From positions 800,001-864,000 of the forward strand of contig CBDBZY010000064.1 of assembly GCA_965213685.1 (NCBI GenBank): DNA of 64,000 nt. The letters run 5' to 3'. The first letter of the stretch is position 1, and every line of letters begins with the position of its first letter. This DNA is from a bacterium. Its GTDB lineage: Bacteria > UBA8248. A program made the translations under genes and the position numbers. Positions 1 through 11,534 of the stretch are shown one piece after another. The notes under the pieces were generated by a model. It saw nothing but the letters and a program-made list of their open reading frames with translations. It had not been told where the DNA came from and made no database searches.

Positions 1-17
1 TTCTGTTTTCTTAATAG

Positions 18-222
18 GTACTGGATCTCATGAAGCTAGGCCAACAAAAAATCGTCATAAGCATGTACTAGGAGATGTTCTAGTGGAATGTGATGAGAAA
101 ATGCTGCAGTATGAACTTGGAACAGTAAAAAAGGGCCTATTGCATTCAAGAGACAGTCATCACTGGACAAAAATCAGTAGAGAGCATTCTATTGGGGCAG
201 AATCCCAACACATTGTGGTAGT
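18..222 (+). pseudogene. Degenerate SAM-domain terminal exon, paralogous to the three downstream CABIT-SAM genes
   Basis: Acceptor ttttcttaatag|GTA CTG GAT CTC (VLDL..MKLGQ). It is followed in shifted frames by GDVLVECDEKMLQYELG and VITGQKSVESILLGQNP, which match the gene 2 exon VLDLLDAMRLSQ...GDVLMDCDEELLEKDLG...IVQGQHSAKNILEGLSP. Contains frameshifts and an early TAG. Confidence 0.75.
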
Positions 223-409
223 AGTATGCCATATGTAGTTTGAGCACAATCTGTTTGAATCACTCCAGTAAAAAACAGTAAAAAAGGGCCTATCGCATTC
301 AAGAGATAGTCATCGCTGGACAAACATCAGCAGAGAGCATTCTATTGGGGCAGAATCCCAACACATTGTGGTAGTAGTATGCCATAAGTAGTTTGAGCAC
401 AATCTGTTT
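121..409 (+). repeat. Tandem direct duplication of ~136 bp (121-256 and 274-409) covering the 3' half of the SAM pseudo-exon
   Basis: aacagtaaaaaagggcctat...gagcacaatctgttt occurs twice with a few substitutions. Confidence 0.9.
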
Positions 410-1601
410 TCACTCCCCACTCTTTCATGCATGTTGTTATGAGTGTACATGTTTGTCAGCACTATTTGATAAAGCACAACATGTTTGTTCACATCCATTT
501 GCATCATTCTCATTGTGTTTATGCAGTAAACCATATATTGTGTACATCCTGAACCATATATAAATCTGTTCATGGAATACTATGAAGTGTAATTAGCAAG
601 TGTACAGCCTTAAATGGTGCACATTATGGTCATCACTACCTCTTTTGTAGGGCATCAAGCATGCCATAGACATTCATATGCTCCTCTGCTGTTGTTGGGC
701 AAACACATAGTCTAGTAGAGTGTACAGCTGCAGAGGACGCTCTCACACACTCTTCTGTTCTCTCCATACATCCTGAAAGACCAAGAGTTTGTAGTAGTGA
801 CTCAGCTTGGTTCTACACCTGGTGTGTGAGGTAGGCAAGAATGCAACAAAATATACTATTGTTTTGAAGAAGGGTGTACTTACAGTTCCAAGTGCTCAGC
901 CACTTTTACTCAGGGAACTTGTCACTTAAAATAGAGGCATGTGTAACTCTAGGATGTGGTGCTGGTAAGTAGGCATATCCAAAAACATGGTGTAGTAGAA
1001 AAAACAGTCAGCATACTGGTCAGCAGTCACCAGAGGTAAAACAGAGTACAAAACATATTATTCTTACACTGCATTGGTCATGCAGTGAAGCTATTATGAT
1101 GGTGTATAGGATGCAGGTTAGGAACCAGGTCTACACAGTCTTGAGTACTAGATTAACCTAACTCCCTAGACATTGTAATGGAATGGTCAAAGTATGGTGA
1201 CAGGTTCATGGGACATAGCAAGGATAATTACATTAGTGGTGTGAACGCACCCACTGGTAGATCTCTGCGTTGGGCTTCATTCAAAGCATGCTTCAGGGCC
1301 CAAAACTTCTCACTAGTTACACGATGGGATTGTGTTGGAATGCCATCAAATGTATGTATACTTGCATAATATTTGGCTTTCATATAAAAGTATATGTGTT
1401 GTTATAATTATGCAATATGAACTAACCCTAGCCCACTCTGTACATGTATGTCTGCCTATTTCTTCTGTATGGCTGTAATATTAGCCCTTCATGATTTCAC
1501 TTTTTAGGCATTTCTATGTGGTAGAGGAAACTCTCTAAGACCGAATTTGTACACTTATTTACTCACCTAATTCTCTCCCTGAACCACTGGCAGTCTTCAC
1601 T

Positions 1602-4600
1602 ATGTCACGCCCTGCAATCCCCAAAAAACCACCACAGCTGAGCATGTTGGTGAGAAGGAAGGGAAAAGCAGTGTCACATGCCACTCCGCCCACTGAGCCA
1701 AAAGTAAGTGACATTCCAGAACAGAATGAAACCCTTCCTGTCACCCAGTCGAGCACAGCGGTGCAGAGAGAAGAAGAAACAGAGTTATCCGTACCTCACT
1801 CCACTGAGTCAAGTGAAGGTAACATTTCGAAGCAGAATGAAGTGATTCCTGACAATAAGGTGGGTCTGGTGGGGAAAAAGGAAGGAAAAACAGATTCATC
1901 CATAGCTCAGTCCACTGAGTCATTGGAAGGTGACATTCCAGAACAAAATCAAACTACTTCTGACAGCCAGCTGAGCATGGTGGAGAAAGGGGAAGAAAAG
2001 GCCGAGTCATCCACAGCTCAGTCAAGTGAGGTTGACATTCCAGAGCAAAATCAAACAATTTCTGAGAACAAGCTGAGTGTGGTGGAGGAAAGGGCAGGCA
2101 AAGCCGAGCTATCCACAGCTCAGTCCACTGAGGTTGACATTCCAGAGCAAAATCAAACCATTTCTGAGAACAAGCTGAGTGTGGTGGAGGAAAGGGCAGG
2201 CAAAGCTGAGCTATCCACAGTTCAGTCCACTGAGGTTGACATTCGAGAGCAAAATCAAACCATTTCTGAGAACAAGCTGAGTGTGGTGGAGGAAAGGGCA
2301 GGCAAAGCTGAGCTATCTACAGCTCAGTCCACTGAGGCAAGTGATATTAACATTCCAGGGCAAAATCAAAGCCTTTCTGAGAGTCAGTTGAGCAGTGTGG
2401 CACAGAGGCAAGAGAACACAGAGGCAACCAAAACTCAGTCCACCGAGTTGAAGGTTATTTTTTTTCCAGAGCAAACTCAAACCCTTCCAGACAGCCAGCA
2501 GTGCAACACCAGTAAGAAACCCACTCAAAAAACAAAGCAACCTCCTCCAACTGCACCAAAACCTTACGTTCGAAAGAACTCAGTGGAAAATGGAGCAGAA
2601 TCGAAGGAAGCCGTTACTCCCTACAAACGAAGCAGAACACTCACTGTTCCAGCATATCTACCATACTTTCCTGCTTCATCAACTCTACCACGTCTCAAAG
2701 CAGCCAGGGCTGCAGCAAGATCTGGAGAGGGTCCCATAGTTCGACCAAAACCTCCGCCAAAACCTCCACGGCTGCAAATCAAGAAAAGCTTCAAGGGTCT
2801 TGAGACGCTTCCAGACAATCCCACAGAAAATGACCACAATGATGAAAATGATGTTCATGTCAATGGAGCTCAAACAATGCTCTCTCCATCTTCAGATCAA
2901 CAGCCTATATCCGATTATGAAAGGCCTGTGAGCCAGTCTGGCATCACACCTACAGCCTCCATACCATCAGAATCTCAGAGCAAGCAGCCACATGCACCAC
3001 TTACTAAACATATCTCCCTACCCTCAATCATGATGGAAGAGTCTCCTCAAAGCAGTGGGCCTTTTAAGTTTCCCCACACTCACAGTCCACTGAAGAAATG
3101 GAGCCCGACAGCAAGTAGGAAAATTGAACATTATGGCTTGCAGGCTAAAAATCTACCACTCTTCAAGGCCATGACACTGTCTGAGCTGTCCAAGAAGTAC
3201 TCCAAGTTCTTTCCTCTCAAGATCCAAATCACAGAGGGGCATTATGGCACATCCTGCAAAAACACAATATCAACTGATGATCGTTTGAATGTCCACTTCA
3301 AGAAGCGCACAAAGGAGGTGGTCATCCAGTACTATGGGCAGGACTACACCGTCCCTCTCAGCTCAGCTATCAAGTTTGGTCTCGTCTTTGACCCAGGCAA
3401 CAATGAGACACAAGCAATGGAGGGCCACACCTTTCGCCGGGTGGTTGACCTGATGTCTGTTCAGCCCCTACCCAAGCTGGTGCTGGTTATGAGTGGTTGC
3501 TTCTGCAGTAATGGTGTTTCCATTGATCGCGATGAGCTGTTGGTGGTTCTCAAGATCCAGAGGAAGCTGTTGCGAGGCAAGCGTATGCTCAAAGTCTTCA
3601 GCTTGCAAACTCTGAGCAAGAAGATGCTGCCAGAGGAATGCATTGGTAACTTCAGCACAAGACCACTTTGCCTGCAGATATATCTCTCCCAGCTTCTAGA
3701 GTATGTTCCCAATGCATTCCCATGCAAAGCAATGATGTACATTGACAAGGATGATGGAGACTTTGAAGGGATGAACGAGGAGGGGCTGCCCATTCATATG
3801 TTTTCCTGGCCTGTCATAGTGAAGGAGCCAATAAAGCAGAAGTCACTTGTTGCCTCCTCAGAGAGCACCCAGCAACTGGTGGACATACCACTGCATGGAA
3901 GCATTGCAGCAGTCAAAGCAGAGATAATTCCACTCCACAGCTCCGATGAGATCGACGAACTATTTACAAACACTCAGAAGTTCCTCGATCAATTTGACCC
4001 GACCAAAGTCGACATGTACAGAGAAACTACTTCAGAATCTGTTAGTGAGACACAGACCGCTCTCTACAAGATTGTTCGTAACAGCAGAAAGTGCCTTGGA
4101 GTGGATGTGGTGACACCTTTGGCCATAAAGAAGCTGAAAAAGGGCACACCAGTACTGACCAGGCACACCACTCTCGCAAGCACAGGAGAGCACATCTATG
4201 AGAAGATTACACATGGAGAGGAGAGTGAAGAAGAGTACGCAGAGGTGGAGCAGGTTGTCATTAGACCTCAGGTGACTGCAACTGCTGCAGATGACTATCT
4301 TGAGAACAGACCACTCAACGTAACAATCCTGCCAAAGAGTGGGAATGCATCAGTCCCACATTCAGGTAGTGGATCCTTCACCTATACCTACCTGACAAGG
4401 CAGGTTCAACCTGAAAGTGATACTGATACATTTTCTACTGACTCATTCTTGTCTGGTGACAGTGATAGCTTGCAGCAGCAACAGCCCCTGATCACAGAGG
4501 TGCCTTTAACTCCCTCCATTTCAGAAGAGAACAAGCAATACCTTTCTACACTAGACGTCAGCCAAGTAAGCTCACTACATTTTCACAGGTGCATTTAAAG

Positions 4601-4889
4601 CTAATGTAACACAAACAAAGGTATGAATGCTATATACGAGTTACATTAGCTCCTTCCCTTACAGGTGCAAAGTCTACTGGATGCTATGGGACTAAGCCAG
4701 TACAAGGATGCATTCGCTGGGGAACAAATCTCAGGGGACATTCTGGTGGACCTCGAGGACAAGGAACACATCCTGCAGAAAGACTTGGGAATGAGTGCAG
4801 AGCTACACAGGCTGAGGCTTATGAAGGTCATCAGAGGAGAATATTCGGCACAAAACTACTTGCAGCAATCATTCACCACAAGCACTTAA
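1602..4889 (+). CDS. CABIT-like + SAM adaptor protein (GAREM/THEMIS-like), paralogue 1; exons 1602-4565 and 4665-4889, ~1062 aa
   Basis: Long ORF with donor CAA|gtaagc at 4566 and acceptor cccttacag|GTG at 4664 (phase 0). Exon 2 is a SAM domain (LLDAMGLSQYKDAFAGEQISGDILVDL...LGM..ELHRLRL). The central region ends LPEECIGNFST, resembling the GAREM CABIT motif LPFQCKGRFST. N-terminus has repeats and PxxP motifs. Confidence 0.8.
1635..2500 (+). repeat. Coding tandem repeat, ~8 units of 34-38 aa (core 102-bp unit EVDIPEQNQTISENKLSVVEERAGKAELSTAQST)
   Basis: Three near-identical 102-bp units at ~2028-2337, flanked by more diverged units; all in frame. Confidence 0.9.
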
Positions 4890-6554
4890 AGAGCCAAAGC
4901 TACATTCATTGAAATAATTGTTGTTTTTATTATTTTCAGTTACCCATTCTCTCCTGCACATGAATTTTTATCAGAGTCAGTAGACTCTCTATGCAGATAT
5001 GGAGCCAACAAAGGGAATCTTGCAAGTCACAAAAAACAGGCTCTATCTCACACACTGGTCTCGTCCCACTTCACCATGTAAGGCTAGCGCATGAGTGAGC
5101 ATGGAGGTACGAATAATGTATACACGCCGGTGCTTTCCTATACCTCTCAACATTGGTCAATATTGTGATATGCATGTCTTTAGGGCCTTACAGTGGGAGC
5201 CCTGTGTATGACATACAGTATCAGTTGTTAATATTTCATGACGACATCTTTAGGTGTATAGCTCCATGCTGCTCTGCTACAAAGCAAAAGATGTACAATG
5301 TAGGCCCTATATTATCATGTCAAGACATAATTCTTAGTGTTAGTGCAAAAGGACCTTGGCATGTGAACTTAACATGTTCTACATATTTACCATTGAGATG
5401 CAGCCCTAGAATCGTCTATTATAAGCCTGAAATGCAGATAGCATTATGTCGCTCTAAATCCACAAAATCATTGGAATACTTATTAATAGGCTTCCACAGA
5501 TGTATGTCATCAGTGTACATGGTTAACATTGCTCCACCAGAGAAGCCAAGATAAGCAACACAGTTTATGTGTTCACAAAGAGCAAGGGGCCCAGCAGAGA
5601 CCTCTGTGGGACCCCAGATACAACAGAAGTAGTGCACAATGTGGTTTATAATTCCATAAGTTTGACAATTGAAGACAATTGTGCCCACTAATCCCCTACA
5701 AGGACAACTGCTGCATTCCATGGCCCTACATGCAAGGGGGAAGCACGCATCATAAAATTCAAATTCCCCCACTCCCCCATGGTATCTGTGGTTCGCTACA
5801 CCCACACGCTCATGTACATACGTGCAGTGTTAACAGCATTGAAGTACTGGCAGTCCAGTTGTGGTTCAGAGAATTAAGGCAACTGTAGCTACATAGCGAT
5901 CTATCCACTCCAATCAGCACCAGAACGCGGAGGTAAGAAGTGAAGGTCACATTCTGCGGCATGACAGCGGCTTCGGGTGTTAGCATAGGTACTATGTGGG
6001 TAAATATAGTATCTATGGTTGTAGGCCCACATCGTTATAGGCGTGCAAGTGCATATGTACACGTTTGGTACCCCCACTTTCGCTAGGCATAGATATATGA
6101 CCCCTGCCCCTTATGTAGTGCTATTAATGAGATTTTCGTGGTTAGTGTACAAGCTGTCTCCAGCGCTCAGTCTCCCAAATACCTACTGTGACTGATGTAG
6201 TACTACGCGATGTGCATATCACAAGTTGATTGTAGCTGCATATGTAGATCTAGCTCCGTTCCTCACAATGGCTCCCGATCACCAGACATGGCTGCTATCA
6301 ATGTTAGTAGCTGTGATAAAATGCGATGGCAAAACTGTAGGGAGCTTGGTTCTGGATTGTAGCTATAGCCGTATTACATAGCAACTGAAATATCTCAGTC
6401 AGTGGGAGTGAGTCCCTTGGGTATAGCGAGCTAACTGTGTATAGTGTTTTCTTCTCCAGAGATTAACTACACTTATAAGAACAAAGTGTTTATGCTCTTA
6501 GAGCACATACAGGAGTTTCAATTGATTTTGACTGTTTTCTCTCTAATAGAAAAA

Positions 6555-8688
6555 ATGTCTGCCAGCAGAGAAACTGGAAATGACCCACCAGGTGAATCAG
6601 TGGGACCTGGAAATGACCCACCAGGTGATTCAGTGGGGCCTCAGAGTCCTGTGCGTAAAGATGACATGTCCCCTGGCACAAAACGAAAGAACCGTACTCA
6701 ACGACCCAAAGTACCACCAAAGAGTCCAATTGTTAGAGCCAAGTCTGTATCTGCACAAAAAAGTGATGCATCCTCTAATGCTGGCTCTGTTGCTCCACCC
6801 TTGGTGCCACCTCGTATCAATGCACCAAACACATCAATTCAAAGCTTGCCTCCTTCTAGAAAACGTCCCATTCCTATACCTCGGGTTTATGAGGTGCTGG
6901 AGCCCTCAGAGCCTACATCACCCACACCTCCCAAGAAAGAAGTTGTTGTTGAAGTGACAACTGTTGAAGGATTGGCTAAGAGACCAAATGACTTGCCCAT
7001 AATGGCTCGATTCATAGATGGCTACTATGGCAAAACGACGCGTTTTTCTGTCTCTTCTGGTGACAAGTTCCAATTTCACTTTGTGAAGCAGACCAAAGTT
7101 CTTTCAGTACAAGATCAATTTGGAGCAGGATATGCAGTACCAATGAGCTCTGCATCAAAATTTGGGCTGCTTTATGACCAAAGCAAGATGCCTTCAGCTG
7201 CAAACTTCAAGGCTGTGTCAGATCTCCTTTTGTTGAAGAACCTGCCACATGTGATATGTGCTCAGAAATGTGTTCATGGCAAGAATAGGAAAGTGGAAGT
7301 AGATGAAGGTGATGTGCTAGTGGTGAAAGAGAAACACAAGAAGGAACTACGGTGCTACAATCTTCGTACAAGTTCAGATGTGGCGCTGAACAAACACTGT
7401 GAAGGCCACTTCACTCTGGATCCTGAGAAAACCAGAATGTTTCCAATGGATATTGTTAATCACTTGCCTAATGTGTTCCCCATAAAGGCAAGAATGTACA
7501 TGCCAACTACAGAAACTGGAAGCACAAAAAGCAAGCAGAGGAAGATTTTCACACTGCTAGGATCCACAATTGAAGTCTCACTAATAGGAAGGAGTGACCA
7601 ACAGGAATATGATGATTTGGTGGACATACCTCTAGATAAAAACCTCTCAAAGCTGCGCATTGAAATATTAGCTTCTGACAACATGCCACATCTCTATGAA
7701 GATGCTCAAGCAGTAGCAAAGAGTTTTGATCCTTCAAAATGTATCGCATTCAGAGACGTAGGATCAGATGCTGGATTTGATTTGCAAAGTGCGCTCATTA
7801 AGGAAGTGCGGCCGGAAGAGAAATATTTGGGAGTACAACTCTGCACAAGTGAATATGTTCACATGCAGGCATTTAGATGCAAAGCTCAGAAGGAAGAGAG
7901 ACCAGCCTATGCCACCTTAGATATAGTAAAAACATCAGACATGATCAATGAAGACACAAATCAAGAATATTCCACCATTGATGATTTCCTAAATGGTAGC
8001 GAGATGGCAAGGCAATCACAACAGCCTGAAACAATGAAGAGGCCTGTGGAAACACAGCAGAAGCAGGTTTCATTGTCACCATCTACAACGCCAGCAGCCT
8101 CCATTGTACCTTCGGGAAAACACGCTGGCACATCCACAGGACATTCTTTGTCGTCAAGTCCCAGGGGTGTGATTGCTTTTCCTCCCACACAAGGAGCTCC
8201 TGACAATCCTGAACATGAATACATGACTATCAGTGACTTTTATTCACCCAATGAAACAACAGATTCAGTTGCACCCCAACTCACCACTGCCCTTGAACAA
8301 GAGAAAAAGTCTGTGACAGAAACCAACAGACAATTCTTAACAACAATGGATGTACCTCATGTGAGTGTCCTTCTTGTTTCTGACTATAAGTTGTGTACTA
8401 GCTCTAGACCTTGTTTTTCCAGTATATTCATGCCTATATCTTCCATCAATACAGGTACTAGATCTACTTGATGCTATGAGGCTCAGCCAGTACAAACAAA
8501 CATTTGAAGCAGAGCAGATATCTGGAGATGTCCTGATGGATTGTGATGAAGAGTTGCTGGAGAAGGATCTTGGAGTGAGCAAAAAGGTACATCGCATTCG
8601 ATTGATGAAAATAGTGCAAGGACAACACTCAGCTAAAAATATTCTGGAAGGCCTTAGCCCATACTCAGATCCTTCCACCCTTCGCTGA
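6555..8688 (+). CDS. CABIT-like + SAM adaptor protein, paralogue 2; exons 6555-8360 and 8455-8688, ~679 aa
   Basis: ATG at 6555 follows a polypyrimidine/AG acceptor. Donor CAT|gtgagt at 8361, acceptor caatacag|GTA at 8454. SAM exon present. CABIT-like motif LRCYNLRTSSDVALNKHCEGHF; collinear similarity to paralogues 1 and 3 (HFVKQT, VPMSSASKFGLLYD). Confidence 0.8.
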
Positions 8689-9153
8689 ATGTAAACATCT
8701 TAGCATCAGTTAGCACTGGGATGTCATAATGGATGTCATAACGTTTTGTATGTTTGTAGTGTTTCACACATTTTTCTGCACTGTAACCTTTGAACAGAAT
8801 GTGTTTTGGCAATCATAGATTCATATGTTTGTCACATCCAGTTGAGAATGAATGCATGTGCAGAATGCAAAGAATGTGCATGTGCAGCATGAGGTGTTAT
8901 ACCAATATAATAATTCACTTAGTGAACATCCTACACATTGCACTCATGCACAGGGTTGGGTGTATGCGCATGTGTGAAGAGTTATGGTATTTGCTAGCCT
9001 GTAATAGGAGCACCACTCCTCCTCCCTATATGTTATTACATGCCTGCATCAGACCTATTGACTGCTTGGCATTACTAGGGAACATTATATGCTATGTGTA
9101 CAAAAACAACCATTAAGGCAAACATGAAGTAATACTAGAACAACACAATTTGT

Positions 9154-11193
9154 CTAAGCTTGTCCATATGGGTCTAGCCCCTTCATAATGGATTGAGCAG
9201 AGTGAGAGCCATCAATAATCTTCATCAACCTCATGCGATGAATCTTTTTGGACACTTTCAGTTCATCTCTTAGTTCTAGATCGGAACACTGAATCAGGAT
9301 GTCTCCAGATATTTGTTCCTGGAGGAACATATCCTTGTACTGTCGCAGTCCCATGCTCTCTAGTAGGTTCTGCACCTGTTGCATGGATTTATCAATACAC
9401 ATTAATAATACACTAATTGTACAAATTTCTGCTCTAGACATGTGTACCAAGAAATTGCTACAGCCAACACACCCCAAGCCATCAAAGGGCGATGGAATTG
9501 CCCAAATGCTTATTCGTTATGTACTCCCTACATCTTAGTAACTCCCACTACCTCTGTATGATTCTACTGAGTAAACTTGATACCATATATAGTAACACAC
9601 CTGGAGTACATTCATGGACATTACAAATCTCCGGTTTCCTTCTTCTACAGACTGTGGATTTACGTAGGGTGTAGGTGCTGCTTCAGCTCTTGAGTCATCT
9701 TGTATTGTATTGACGGGCTCCTCATGTGGCACCGCATATTCTTCTTCTTTGGTTTCTTCTTGCAACTGTAGTTTTTCATACACATACTGTTCATCAGGAA
9801 ACTCCTCAGGTGCGCTTGGTATGGGGCTGTTGTATTTGTATGCAGGATCTGAAGCAATCGGCTGAACAGAAGATACAGGAACCATTTTGACATAGGGGTC
9901 ATAGTTAGCTTTGGAACCAGGGCGAACCACTTGGAAGAGGAGGTTTTGTAATTCAAATACTTCATCATTGCTTGCATCTTTCAGCATTATGAACTTTGAA
10001 GGGTCAAACTTGCTTTTGAGTAGCTGCGTACTCTGGTGAAGTTGCTGTGCTTCTTCCAATCCTAGTGCTGGGATCATACGCACTGCCAAGGAAGATAAGG
10101 CATCATCCATTGGTATATTCAGGAGTGGCTGGCTAGCATTGCTGTCAGGGCCAACATTGGATGCAATCAGGGAAGATAAAACAGCACTTCCGCAAATATT
10201 CACAATGGCACCAGATTGCATTTCAGATCTCTTACTGGTAATTTGATGGTTGGGATATATCTTTGCCATGCAAGGAAAAGCATTTGGTAAGTGCTGAACA
10301 ATGTCAGAGAGGTACAATTTTGTTTTCTCAGCATCGGCAGTAAAATGGCCCTTGAAGTCTTCCCCCAGCTCAATGTCTTCATATTGAGGCAGGCTGAAGC
10401 ACCTCAGCGTGGATCTTCCTACCCCCTTCACAATGCAAATCTGCCCCTTGGCCACATACACCTTACGTTTCTTTACCACGTCCCTTTGGGCACAAATTAC
10501 CCTTGGGACTTTGGACAGAGCAAGGATGTCACCTACTTTTGCATATGTCTGACTAGACATCTGTGGCATGGCTTCTGATTCTGCGTCAAACAAAATGCCA
10601 AACTTCACTGCAGAGTTCAGTGGCACCAAATATTCCACTCCCATGGCATCACGCACTGTGATCACATCAGTGTGCTTCACAAAATGAATGTTAAGCCTCT
10701 GCTCTGCCATAAGTGAAAATTTAGAGGTTTGGCTGCAGTAACCATTGATCAGCTCCACCTGGACTGGAAATATGCTGGGAGGCTTCTGTGCAAGTTCCAA
10801 AAGGGTGAGATCTTGCTGGGTCATGCTTAGAGGCCGATGGACACAGCTTTCTGCACGCTTTCGTTGCTTTCGAGAGTAATCATGAAAGGCCGTGACTTGG
10901 GTAGAGTAGGAGCGGTTGCGGGGAGGAGGTAGTGGGGGCTGATGTTGATAGTGCTGATTTGTACTCAGTGCATGTGTCCTTGATTGTCTTGGCATGGAAT
11001 GTGAGTTGCTCACCCAGTTACGTCGTTCGAGTATTGGAGAGTTAGGTAGTGAATGTGGCAGACCTTGCATGTCAGATCGCCATAAGGGCCGCTCTGGCTG
11101 TGGAGTAAAAGGCCGTTGGTACACTTCTCTCTCACATGACTCGAGGCTGCTACTGATGGTAACACTGCAGCCAGGTGATTGTGGTGTGGCCAT
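9154..11193 (-). CDS. CABIT-like + SAM adaptor protein, paralogue 3; exons 11193-9601 and 9375-9154, ~604 aa
   Basis: ATG is directly preceded by acceptor ctctttgtcttag. Donor CAG|gtgtgt at 9600, acceptor caacag|GTG at 9376. SAM exon VQNLLESMGLRQYKDMFLQEQISGDIL; CABIT-like motif LRCFSLPQYEDIELGEDFKGHF. Confidence 0.8.
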
Positions 11194-11534
11194 CTAAGAC
11201 AAAGAGACAGTAACACTGACAATGTCAGTGTACCCTACAACAAGACAGTTGACAGACATAACTCCGTCTACACCAACCTTCTTGGGATTTAGTTAGGAGT
11301 TTTAGAAGGTAGAGTCAGTGAACAAGCACTCCTGATGACAACAACTCAGCAACTGACTAGGTAGCTAGCAGTCTACAAACTCTGTGGGTTGCCAAACTGG
11401 GGTTAGGGAGTGGAAGCACCCCTACACAACTATTTCAATGTGGTATTCAGAGAATTTGGTAGTGTAGTATGCTACATCAAAGAGGCATTGCTGGACATGC
11501 ATGACTACCTGCGATCAGAGGAGGGGTTACATGT

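Noticed and set aside
4665-4889. Stand-alone small SAM proteins (also ORFs 8365-8688 and 9154-9477)
   Set aside because: Each has a canonical acceptor and joins in phase to the upstream long ORF, so they are terminal exons.
6444-6554. N-terminal ORF extension of paralogue 2 (likewise 12731-12823 and 20566-20646 for the membrane proteins)
   Set aside because: These extensions run through polypyrimidine/AG acceptor-like sequence. The two membrane-gene copies also differ in frame there, so the downstream ATGs are more plausible.
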